The notes under the pieces: generated by a model
The model's database searches: none
What the model saw: the letters and a program-made list of their open reading frames with translations, nothing else
Told to the model about the DNA's origin: nothing
Made by a program: the position numbers and the translations under genes
Shown: piece after piece, positions 54,633 through 63,257 of the stretch
Layout of the letters: each line of letters starts with the position of its first letter
Numbering within the stretch: the first letter of the stretch is position 1
Source of the DNA: Planctomycetota bacterium
GTDB lineage: Bacteria; Planctomycetota; MHYJ01; WSZJ01
Direction of reading: 5' to 3'
Assembly: GCA_038060895.1 (NCBI GenBank)
Contig: JBBTCT010000009.1
Span: 435,877-499,876 of the forward strand
Length of the DNA: 64,000 bases

Positions 54633-57544
54633 TTCTTCAGCTTGTCCTTGCACTCGTCCTGCATCGCGTCGACCGTCGACCGGCGCTCCCCGTAGTACTT
54701 CGTCGAATTCAGGCGCGTCGCCAGCTCGTTCAGGTCGTCCAGCGCCCTCTGCCATTTCTCCCGTCGCATCTCCTCACGCGCCTGCTCGAGACGGTCCTGC
54801 GCCTCCTGCTCCACAGCAGCTCCCTTTGCCCACGCAAGCCGGTTCCGCATCGCTGCCAGTTCCGGGTTGCGCGCGCCCGCCGCAAGCTTCTCCGCGGAAG
54901 CGATGTCCGTCTCCGCTTCCCTCAGCAGTCCCAGAGCGAGATCCGTCGCCACCAGCCCCCGCGCGTCTTCCCAGTCGTGGTCCCACGTCCTCATCACCTG
55001 CCGGTACTCGACGTTTCTCACTTTCTTCCAGCCGATCGAAATCGTCGCGCCGCTCTCGCTCTCCTTGAACGACAAGTTCTCCGCCGACCCCTTCGTCAGC
55101 TCCCCGTGCATGTGGATTTCCTCGAACGCCACGTCCGACTTCGGCTTCAACTTCCCGTCCGCACTTCGTGTCAGAAACGTGACGTACAGCGCCGCCGCCG
55201 CCTTGTAGTCGGAGAGAAGCGAAGTGGCTTCGTCGCGGAGGTCCTGGTCCTGGAGTTTGGGAAGAGCCGACTCGATCGACGCGGCGGCGGCCGCGAAGCC
55301 AAACCGGTTTCTGTGGGCATCGATGGCCCGAACCCGGCCTTCGCGAAGCGCGGCGACCTGCCCTTCCCGGATTTTCTTCGCTTCGGCGCCCTTGTAATCC
55401 TCCTCCGCCCGGTCGATCCCGTCCGAAACTTCGTCCCAGCGCTTCTTGAGGTCGGTGTACCCCCAGGCGCGGCCTGCCTCGACGAATCTCCGGGCGGCGT
55501 CAAAGTCGTTGTCCCGCTTCTTCTGTTCCGCCTGGCCGCTGAGATTTGCGAATTCCCTCTCGGCGTCCCGGCGAAGCCTCTCGCGGAGGGACTTGATGGG
55601 CCCGGCGTAGTCCTTGAATTCCGCCGACTTCTCTGCGGCGGCAATCCGGCCCTCCGCTTCACCGAACGCCTTGCGATCAAGGATTTCGCCGATGGCTTTC
55701 GCTTCCGCCTGCCATCCCAGGTGCCGGCTTCTGAAGGAAGTCAGCTCGGCATCGATTGCCGCGGACCGTTTGCGGGCTTCCTCGACGCGCTTGTCATCCG
55801 GGAATTTCCCGGCGAAATCGCCGAACGCCGCCATCGCATCCTCGGCCTGCCGTACGACATCCTCGAACTTCGACTTCTCCTGCCCGAATGACTTTTTCGA
55901 CGCGTTGAACGCGATTTCCTTCCGCTCCGCGACGCCGAACACGGCATCGCCCGCCAGAGTCGTGAGGAGTTTCTGGTAGAAATCCACCTGGCTCTTCGCG
56001 CGTTCCTCGGCCGCCGTGCCCGGGTATTCCTTCACGATCTGCGCGTAGCTCTCGATGACGCGCTGGATCGACTCGGGGTTGCTCATGTCCGCATTCTTTT
56101 CGACCATTTCGGCGTTGCCGAGCGCCTTGTTGGCGAGTTTGACGTTTTCAGCCTGAATGCCGTTGCCGTCCACCGGGCCCGGCCCCGGGCCCACCGGTCC
56201 GGGATCCGCATTGTTGTTCTTGATCAGCGTCGCCGCGACTACGGCGACCGTAATGATCAGCATCGCCGCCGCGCCTGTCAGAACGACGACCGGCGTTGCA
56301 GACCGGCGCGCCTCGCTCCCCATCGCCGTCGCCGTTGCGGAGCTGCTCGCGCCGGCAGGGTCCACATGAAGCGACAAAGGTCCCGTCATCGAGCCCGCGA
56401 TTTCGCGCCGCGCCCGGTCGAGATCCGCGACCAGTTCTTTCGCCGTCGTGTGTCTCTCCGCCGGGTCCCGCTTCATCATCCGGTCCACGATCGCCGTCAG
56501 CACCTTCGGAAGCCCGGGATCCACGATGTCCAGCGGCGGCGGCTCTTCTCGCAGTTTGTTGACCACGATTTCCTTCGCGGAGCTTCCTTGGTACGGAGTG
56601 ACTCCCGCAAGAATCCTGTAAAACGTCGTCCCCAGCGCATAAATGTCCGCGCGGATGTCGATCGGCTTGTTCAGCGCCTGCTCCGGCGCGATGTAGTGCG
56701 GCGTCCCGAAAACTCCCTCCGGCGACTCCGGACGCGCACCGTCCGCCTTCAGCTGCTTCGCCAGCCCCAGGTCCCCGATCTTGATCCTCCCGTCCTCCGA
56801 GATCATCAGGTTGTCCGGCTTGATGTCCCGGTGGACGATCGATTTCTTCTCGGCGTATTCGAGCCCTCGAGCCGCGTCCAGAATCACAGCCAGCGCTCGC
56901 TCCGGCGGGAGCTTCTTCTCGCGGGACAGCAAGTCCTGCACAGACCCTCCCGGCAGGTACTCCATCGCAATGAACGGCACAGGCGGAACCAGGTCGTTTG
57001 CAACGTCGATTTCGTAAATCGTCACCACGTTCGGGTGATTGAACTGCGCCGCTGCCCTCGCTTCGTCCAGGAACTTCTTGATAAACGTCGGGTCGCTCGC
57101 AAGTTCCTGCTGGAGCATCTTCAGGGCCACGTTCCTGTTCAGACGGATCTGCTCCGCCTTGTACACCGTCCCCATCCCGCCTCGCCCGATCCTTTCAATC
57201 ACCTTGTACCGCCCGCCCCCGATGATCCGGCCGATCAGGTCCTCTTTCGGCTTCACGTCCTCCATGAACGAAAACACCGTCTCGCCCACCTGTACCCGGT
57301 CCCCGGCGACAATCTTCGATTCCTTCACCCGGCTCCCGTTCAGGAGCGTCCCGTTCTTGGAGTTCAGATCCACAAGCACGAAAGACCCCGTCCGCGCTTC
57401 CACCTTGAAGTGATTCCGGCTCGCCATCGTGTCGTTGATCGTGATCCCGGCGCTCGTGTCGCGGCCGACCACGACGGCGCCCTGGAGGCCGACCTGGATG
57501 GACTTTCCCTTGTCCACGCCCTTTTCGACGACCAGCCTCGGCAT
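54629..57544 (-). CDS. FHA-domain membrane Ser/Thr protein kinase
   Basis: FHA (VGRD...SRNH...DLNSKNGTLLNG); GRGGMGTVYKA; HRDIKPDN; DLGLA; GTPHYIAPE; TM. Confidence 0.93.
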   Translation of the reverse strand: MPRLVVEKGVDKGKSIQVGLQGAVVVGRDTSAGITINDTMASRNHFKVEARTGSFVLVDLNSKNGTLLNGSRVKESKIVAGDRVQVGETVFSFMEDVKPKEDLIGRIIGGGRYKVIERIGRGGMGTVYKAEQIRLNRNVALKMLQQELASDPTFIKKFLDEARAAAQFNHPNVVTIYEIDVANDLVPPVPFIAMEYLPGGSVQDLLSREKKLPPERALAVILDAARGLEYAEKKSIVHRDIKPDNLMISEDGRIKIGDLGLAKQLKADGARPESPEGVFGTPHYIAPEQALNKPIDIRADIYALGTTFYRILAGVTPYQGSSAKEIVVNKLREEPPPLDIVDPGLPKVLTAIVDRMMKRDPAERHTTAKELVADLDRARREIAGSMTGPLSLHVDPAGASSSATATAMGSEARRSATPVVVLTGAAAMLIITVAVVAATLIKNNNADPGPVGPGPGPVDGNGIQAENVKLANKALGNAEMVEKNADMSNPESIQRVIESYAQIVKEYPGTAAEERAKSQVDFYQKLLTTLAGDAVFGVAERKEIAFNASKKSFGQEKSKFEDVVRQAEDAMAAFGDFAGKFPDDKRVEEARKRSAAIDAELTSFRSRHLGWQAEAKAIGEILDRKAFGEAEGRIAAAEKSAEFKDYAGPIKSLRERLRRDAEREFANLSGQAEQKKRDNDFDAARRFVEAGRAWGYTDLKKRWDEVSDGIDRAEEDYKGAEAKKIREGQVAALREGRVRAIDAHRNRFGFAAAAASIESALPKLQDQDLRDEATSLLSDYKAAAALYVTFLTRSADGKLKPKSDVAFEEIHMHGELTKGSAENLSFKESESGATISIGWKKVRNVEYRQVMRTWDHDWEDARGLVATDLALGLLREAETDIASAEKLAAGARNPELAAMRNRLAWAKGAAVEQEAQDRLEQAREEMRREKWQRALDDLNELATRLNSTKYYGERRSTVDAMQDECKDKLKK

Positions 57545-57665
57545 GCGCCGGAACTCCCGTTTCGAAGCGGGGAAGGGTCTCGCACGGCCCTCAAACTTCA
57601 GCGAGCGAAGAACTTGCGGCCGCCCCGCAGTGATCCGCCGGAGCGTCCAAACCGGTCCCGGGCCG

Positions 57666-57694
57666 ATCTTAGCTTGGACGGCGGGACTGGTCAA
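57666..57694 (-). promoter_or_regulatory. Sigma-70-type promoter for the FHA kinase
   Basis: Minus strand TTGACC-17 bp-TAAGAT. Confidence 0.55.
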
Positions 57695-57704
57695 ATCCGC
57701 GGCG

Positions 57705-58559
57705 TCAGGGTAGACCCTCGAAGAGCGCTCGCCCGACCCGGACGTGGGTCGCTCCCTCTTCGACCGCGACTTCGAAGTCGCCGGACATGCCCATCGAGAG
57801 GCTTCGCAGCGTGGGAAATCCGTTCGACGACCCCTTATCGCGCAGCTCGCGCAATCGCCCGAAGTGCGGGCGTGCGTCCTCCGGACTGGCGGAGTACGGA
57901 GCCATCGTCATGAGGCCAACCCAACGGATCCGTTTCAGTGAGCGCGCTTCTGACAGGAAGTCCTCCAGTTCGTCGGCGTGGAGCCCCGACTTCTGCATTT
58001 CGCCGGAGTTGATTTCGATAAAGGCATCGATGTAGCCATTTCTGAGGCGTTCGATGCGCTCGATATCGGATCGAATCCGCTCGACGAGATTGGTCTCGAA
58101 GGGGCGCCCGGCGATCCGGTCGAGCAAGTCGGCGATCAGCCGCTCCCACGAGCTTCCGAACAACTCGTCGCGTACCTTGACGAGCATTTGCTCCTCCGGG
58201 GGCAATCCGTGAAGGGCCTCTTCATCGATAACCCGTGCAAGCCGGATGGAATCCACGGAATGAATGATCCGGAACAGTCGCAGCGCCTTCCGGACCTTGT
58301 TGGTCTGGAGGTGACCGGCGAGGTGCCACCGCAGCCCCCCCGGTGCTCCGGCCGCCTTTTCGATCCCTTCCAGCGCCCTGTTTTCCCCGACGTCCAGAAT
58401 CCCGGCAGCCGCCAGGAGCGGGAAAATCTGCCTGCCCCGCGACTTGGTGATGGCCACGAGGGTGACGTCGGCGGGATCACGGCCGGCCCGCTTCGCCGCC
58501 AGCGCGATCCGCTCCCGCACCCGGGCGACGTTCGCCGCCACCCTCTCCGCCGGCTCCAC
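57705..58559 (-). CDS. yggS: PLP homeostasis protein YggS/PLPBP with a 55-aa insertion
   Basis: LVAITKS; VGENR; WHLAGHLQTNKV; IHSVDS; GLMTMAP; LSMGMSGDFEVAVEEGATHVRVG. Confidence 0.93.
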   Translation of the reverse strand: MEPAERVAANVARVRERIALAAKRAGRDPADVTLVAITKSRGRQIFPLLAAAGILDVGENRALEGIEKAAGAPGGLRWHLAGHLQTNKVRKALRLFRIIHSVDSIRLARVIDEEALHGLPPEEQMLVKVRDELFGSSWERLIADLLDRIAGRPFETNLVERIRSDIERIERLRNGYIDAFIEINSGEMQKSGLHADELEDFLSEARSLKRIRWVGLMTMAPYSASPEDARPHFGRLRELRDKGSSNGFPTLRSLSMGMSGDFEVAVEEGATHVRVGRALFEGLP

Positions 58560-58652
58560 GCTCGCCTCCCGCTCAAGAACACCCTCACTTCAACCGAATC
58601 TTTATAGCATCTGACTTCCGGCCAAACCCGCTTCGGACCCCAGAAACTTCTT

Positions 58653-58682
58653 TTGACTCCCCGGGGGGGCCATCTGTAGACT
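58653..58682 (+). promoter_or_regulatory. Sigma-70-type promoter
   Basis: TTGACT-18 bp-TAGACT upstream of the AAGGAG RBS of 58730. Confidence 0.45.
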
Positions 58683-58729
58683 CCCGCCCAACTTCGTCGG
58701 CCGCATTGTCTTAAGGAGAGACGCCCGCG

Positions 58730-58987
58730 ATGTCGAGCGCCGCGCAGAAATGGGTCGACGCCCTCCCTCCCGAGGAACTGATGCTTGTTAAGCTCAGAGA
58801 AGAGTTGTATTCGAGTTCCTGGGAACGGATGCTCGCCGACCTGAAAGACCGCCTGAAAGGGCGGCCGTACATCTTCAAGCTGGTGAACCGGATCCAGGAC
58901 GACATCGCACGCATCGAAAAGCTCCAGGATTACGAGAAGAAGAACAACGTCAATCTCGCGGAGTTCCTCAAAGGAGACAAGGCATGA
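58730..58987 (+). CDS. Small helical hypothetical protein, homologous to the YggS insertion
   Basis: 85 aa; strong AAGGAG RBS; overlaps the next gene (ATGA). Confidence 0.85.
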   Translation: MSSAAQKWVDALPPEELMLVKLREELYSSSWERMLADLKDRLKGRPYIFKLVNRIQDDIARIEKLQDYEKKNNVNLAEFLKGDKA

Positions 58988-60315
58988 AGCGGGTGCTCAC
59001 CCTTGCCGTGCTCGGGCTGGTCGCGGGGGGATGTGGAGGCGATGCGCCGAAGAACGCGCCTCCGGCGAACTCCGACGCGCGACGCGCGGAGTTGCACCGC
59101 TCCATCGTGGAGAACACGCCGTTCAAGAAGGTGATCGCGGAGTGCGTGCTTGACGGCGTCGAGGTTTCGCACGTTTCCCTGCGCGACGATTCGCTCTTCG
59201 TGGAGGGGTTCGAAACGACCGACGACCACGGGCGCCTCGGCCTCCCCGTGCTGTACCGGGTCAATGCCCGGAATGGCGAGGTCGGAGGGGTGACGTGGCT
59301 CCCGAAGGTGCTCGATTTCCGCCCCTCGACCGTGCCGTTCGTCGTGAAGCAGCTCAACCAGCTCGAGGCGGAGCGCCAGAAGCTCATCGCCGCCCGCCAG
59401 GTGGAAATGACCCGCAAGGACAAGGACGCGGTGAAAGTCGCCGCGATGTCCGACAAGATCCGCAACGTGACGGACCAGATCGAAACGGCGAAACTGCAGG
59501 ACCGGGTCTACGGCGTCAGTGCCAACGACAAGCTCCACGTGGTGGAGCGGCCCTCGATGGAGGAATTCGAGCGGCCCACTCTCCGGTTTACTCCGTCCAC
59601 CGGCGTCGCCGCCTCTCCCTCCGTGGTTTTCATGGGAGCTCTTGACCGCAACAGGCTGATCGGCCTCGACCCAAAGACCTGGGCCGAGATCATGTTTTTC
59701 AAGGCGGAAGACGAAATCAAGACGACTCCGATTTACGCAGAGCCCGGGAACATCTACTTTGCGAGCGAGGACGGGCACGTTTACGGCTACACCTCCGACG
59801 GCCGCAAGCTCATCGACTACCGCACGGAACGCGCCATCGTCTGCGACCTCTGCCTCGATATCGAGAACAACGCTGCGGGCAAAGAAACGTGGGGCGCGCT
59901 TTTCGCCGCTTCCACCGACTGCGCCCTCTACTGCTTCAATCGCACGTCGGGCGAACTGATGTGGAAGTACGAGACGGGAAGCGAGCTCAGGACCGCGCCG
60001 CAAGTGTCCGGCGACGTGGTGTACTGCTACTCTCGCGGCAAGGGAATGCACGCGATCGACAAGAAGACCGGCAAGCTTCTCTACATCAAGACGGACGCGT
60101 GGTTCTGCCTGGCCCGCGGCAAGGACCGTGTTTTCCTGGCCGCTCCCGGTGCCGACGCGGTGATCGCCGTCGAAGAGAAAACCGGTAAAGAACTGGCGCG
60201 CGCTTCGGTTTCCCAGTTTGCCCACGTAGTCAGCGACCCGCGGACCCGGACGGTTTACCTGGTGACGAAGGACGGATTCATCTTCGCGGCGAAGGAAAGC
60301 GAGATCGACTACTAG
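58984..60315 (+). CDS. PQQ-like beta-propeller lipoprotein (BamB-like repeats)
   Basis: Lipobox AGG-C; IYFASEDGHVYGY, LYCFNRTSGELMWKY, HAIDKKTGKLL repeats. Confidence 0.85.
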   Translation: MKRVLTLAVLGLVAGGCGGDAPKNAPPANSDARRAELHRSIVENTPFKKVIAECVLDGVEVSHVSLRDDSLFVEGFETTDDHGRLGLPVLYRVNARNGEVGGVTWLPKVLDFRPSTVPFVVKQLNQLEAERQKLIAARQVEMTRKDKDAVKVAAMSDKIRNVTDQIETAKLQDRVYGVSANDKLHVVERPSMEEFERPTLRFTPSTGVAASPSVVFMGALDRNRLIGLDPKTWAEIMFFKAEDEIKTTPIYAEPGNIYFASEDGHVYGYTSDGRKLIDYRTERAIVCDLCLDIENNAAGKETWGALFAASTDCALYCFNRTSGELMWKYETGSELRTAPQVSGDVVYCYSRGKGMHAIDKKTGKLLYIKTDAWFCLARGKDRVFLAAPGADAVIAVEEKTGKELARASVSQFAHVVSDPRTRTVYLVTKDGFIFAAKESEIDY

Positions 60316-60332
60316 ACCGGAACTTCGAATTC

Positions 60333-60363
60333 AAAACCTCCGCTTCGGCGGAGGTTTTTTTTT
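60333..60363 (+). terminator. Rho-independent terminator
   Basis: AAAACCTCCGC-TTCG-GCGGAGGTTTT plus a T run. Confidence 0.92.
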
Positions 60364-60426
60364 GCTATTCGGCCACCGGTTCAGGACCCCGCGTTTCATG
60401 CCGGCCGCCGGCACCGGCCGCGCGAA

Positions 60427-60455
60427 TTGACCCCCTCTTCGGCGTCGGCTACAGT
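60427..60455 (+). promoter_or_regulatory. Sigma-70-type promoter for the lgt-like operon
   Basis: TTGACC-17 bp-TACAGT. Confidence 0.5.
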
Positions 60456-60552
60456 CGTTTCCCCGCCCTCGTCTCCGGCCGCAACCCGGATTCGGCACCC
60501 ACCCGTTCGAATGATCCCGAAGTCCTGACAAAAGAGGTCCCCGAGCGCAGCC

Positions 60553-61479
60553 GTGCATCCCTTCATCCACACCTTCCTCGGTGAAATCCCTTCGTACACC
60601 GCGTTCGTCGCGCTCGGGTTCTGCGCCGCGGCTCTTCTGACCTGGTGGCGCCATCGCTCGCGAGGATTCGAGTTCGACGCGGTATTCACGATGTCGCTCG
60701 CCGCCTGCATCGCGGGACTGGTCGGCGCCCGCGCGTGGTACGTGGCGACGCACGCCACTCTCTACTCCGGCTGGTTTCGAAGCTTCCCCCTCGGCGGCAT
60801 GGATTTGACGGCGGGCCTCTGGGCCGGGCTCGCAGCCGTCGTCATCCTCCTCCTTTACGCCCGCCCCCTCCTCCGTCCTCTGGGCCCCGGCCCGGGCGCA
60901 ATCGTCCTCTTCTCCGTCAGCCTGGCTACCGCACTCTTCGCCTCGCGTATCGCCGCGCTTCACGGAAGAGTCGATGCGGATCCCTTCGACCCGCGTGGCG
61001 GAGGCCTCGCCTTCTTCGGCGGTCTTGCCCTGGCCATCCCCGGCTGCGCCCTTGTCGCCCGCTCCCGCGGAATCCCCTTCGCCGTTGCCGCCGACGCCAC
61101 CGCGCCGGGCCTCCTGGCGGCCTGCTCCCTAGGGCGCGTCGGGTGCTTCCTCAACGGCTGCTGCGGCGGCATCGCCTGCAAGGGGCCGCTCGTACCCGGC
61201 GACCGCGTGCCCACGCAGCTCATGGAAGCCATCCTGACGGCCGGTGCGGCCGCCATCCTCGTTGCAGTTGCGCCTCCGCCACGCACCGGCCGGACCGCAG
61301 CCTTCGCCCTCCTTGCCTACAGCGCCATCCGCTTCGTCCTCGAGTTCTTCCGCGAGGAACCCCGGTTTTTCGCGGGCCTCACCGCCTCCCAGGTCGCCGC
61401 CATCCTTGCCTTTGCCGCCGCCGGCGCATGGCTCGCGTTTCGCCGTCCCACTCCCGAGCCGGCCCCCGTCACCGCATGA
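60553..61479 (+). CDS. lgt: Prolipoprotein diacylglyceryl transferase-like protein
   Basis: GLVGARAWYV; GGLAFFGG; GRVGCFLNGCC; PTQLME; YSAIRFVLEFFR. Confidence 0.8.
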   Translation: MHPFIHTFLGEIPSYTAFVALGFCAAALLTWWRHRSRGFEFDAVFTMSLAACIAGLVGARAWYVATHATLYSGWFRSFPLGGMDLTAGLWAGLAAVVILLLYARPLLRPLGPGPGAIVLFSVSLATALFASRIAALHGRVDADPFDPRGGGLAFFGGLALAIPGCALVARSRGIPFAVAADATAPGLLAACSLGRVGCFLNGCCGGIACKGPLVPGDRVPTQLMEAILTAGAAAILVAVAPPPRTGRTAAFALLAYSAIRFVLEFFREEPRFFAGLTASQVAAILAFAAAGAWLAFRRPTPEPAPVTA

Positions 61480-62861
61480 GCGCTTCCCCCACCATCCTTC
61501 TCGTCGAGGACGAGGACGGGCTGCGCGAAGCGCTGTCGATCGTGCTGCGCCGGGCGGGGTACGAGGTTGTCGAAGCGGGCTCTGCGGCGGAGGGGTTGCG
61601 CGCGCTGGAGCGAAGCGCCGTCGACGTGGTGGTCACGGACCTCGCCATGGAGCAACCGCTCTCCGGCATGGGCGTCCTGCGTCACACGCGCCAGTTCGTT
61701 CCAGGCACGGAGGTGCTCGTGATGACCGCCTTCGGCACCATCGAGAACGCCGTCGAATGCATGCGGCTTGGCGCGTTTCACTACATTACCAAGCCCATCA
61801 ACTCCGAGGAACTCGAGCTCCTCGTTGCGCGGGCTGTCGAGCACCAGCGTCTCGTCGCGGAGAACCGGAATCTCCGCCAGCGCGTCCAGGAAGCCTACCG
61901 GTTCGAAAATATCATCGGCACGTCTCCGGCGATGATTCGCCTCTTCGAACAGGTCAGCCGCGTTGCCGCCCTCGACACAACCGTTCTGCTCCATGGTGAG
62001 ACCGGCACGGGCAAGGAGCTCATCGCCCACGCCGTACACAACAAATCCCCGCGCGCCCAGCGCGCGTTCATCGCCATCAATTGCGGCGCCCTCCCGGAGA
62101 CTCTTCTCGAGAGCGAACTTTTCGGGCACGTGAAAGGCGCGTTCACCGGGGCGGCAACGATGAAGAAGGGCCTCTTCGAGGAGGCCGATGGCGGGACATT
62201 CTTCCTCGATGAGATTTCCGCCGCGCCCATGTCCATCCAGGTGAAGCTTCTGCGTGTCATCGAGGAGAAAGAAACTCGACGCATCGGCGACACGCGCTCT
62301 TCGAACATCGATGTCCGACTCATCGCCGCCACGAACCGGGATCTCCAGGCCGACGTGGCGGCCGGCCTTTTCCGCGAGGACCTGTACTACCGCCTGAATG
62401 TGGTCTCGCTTCGACTGCCACCGCTTCGCGAGCGCCGCGAGGACATCGCTCTTCTAGCCCAGCATTTCGTCCAGAAATACGCGAGTCGCTTCCATCGCCC
62501 GACGCACTCGATCGACCCCGCTGCGATGCGGCGGCTGGTTGCGCACGGGTGGGCGGGAAACGTGCGCGAGCTGGAGAATGTGATCGAGCGTGCGGTGGCC
62601 TTGGGGGCGACGGACCTGGTGCGAGTGGATGATCTGCCGCCGGAATTCGGGGCGAAGCCGGGTGGCGGTGAGAGGGAAGAAGGGCAGTTGAAGACACTGG
62701 AGGACGCGGAGAGGGAGTACATACTTGAAGCGGTGAATCGATGTGCCGGAAATCTGGCGCACGCGGCGAAAGGGCTTGGAATTGGCAGGACGACGCTGTG
62801 GAGGAAGCTGAAGCGGTACGGGATGCAGGTGGAGCCGGAGGATGGGGGAGCCGGCGGGTAA
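61476..62861 (+). CDS. Sigma-54-dependent response regulator (NtrC/AtoC family)
   Basis: ILLVEDE; TDLAM; GETGTGKE; GAFTGA; FFLDEI; FREDLYYRLNV; HTH LGIGRTTLWRKLK. Confidence 0.95.
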   Translation: MSASPTILLVEDEDGLREALSIVLRRAGYEVVEAGSAAEGLRALERSAVDVVVTDLAMEQPLSGMGVLRHTRQFVPGTEVLVMTAFGTIENAVECMRLGAFHYITKPINSEELELLVARAVEHQRLVAENRNLRQRVQEAYRFENIIGTSPAMIRLFEQVSRVAALDTTVLLHGETGTGKELIAHAVHNKSPRAQRAFIAINCGALPETLLESELFGHVKGAFTGAATMKKGLFEEADGGTFFLDEISAAPMSIQVKLLRVIEEKETRRIGDTRSSNIDVRLIAATNRDLQADVAAGLFREDLYYRLNVVSLRLPPLRERREDIALLAQHFVQKYASRFHRPTHSIDPAAMRRLVAHGWAGNVRELENVIERAVALGATDLVRVDDLPPEFGAKPGGGEREEGQLKTLEDAEREYILEAVNRCAGNLAHAAKGLGIGRTTLWRKLKRYGMQVEPEDGGAGG

Positions 62862-63055
62862 CTCGCAACGTTGATGATTGTTACGAGAACTATTTAGATT
62901 AGAATATTTCTGATTATTATGCTGGCCGGAGGAGCCATCGGATGTGGCCCGCAATTTTCGGCGAATTTGTCGGGCGTCCATCGCCGCGCCATAAGTGCTT
63001 TCCAGCCAGTGCTTTGTGCTGAAGCAACACGACGCCAAGGTCGCCTCTTTTTACC

Positions 63056-63083
63056 TTGACTCCCTGTCGCAGATCACTATAAT
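63056..63083 (+). promoter_or_regulatory. rRNA operon promoter
   Basis: TTGACT-16 bp-TATAAT with a GC-rich discriminator; boxA-like GATCTTTGACAA at 63115-63126. Confidence 0.85.
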
Positions 63084-63257
63084 TCGCCGCGCACGTCGAC
63101 GTCCGTGTCGGCGCGATCTTTGACAAAGTGGGGAGTCGAACGAAAGAGAGTGCAGAACCCTGTCTCTCCGTCTTCGGACGGAGCGACCGACCATAAAAGT
63201 GAACGCCGGGGCTTCGGCCCTGGCAGATCCTAACCGGATCCAAGTTCTCCAAATTCT

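Noticed and set aside
60456-60545. tRNA-like GTTCGAAT downstream of a promoter
   Set aside because: No cloverleaf or acceptor stem can be formed
60645-61475. N-terminal extension of the 738-aa ORF
   Set aside because: Overlaps lgt in another frame; the receiver domain starts at ATG 61476
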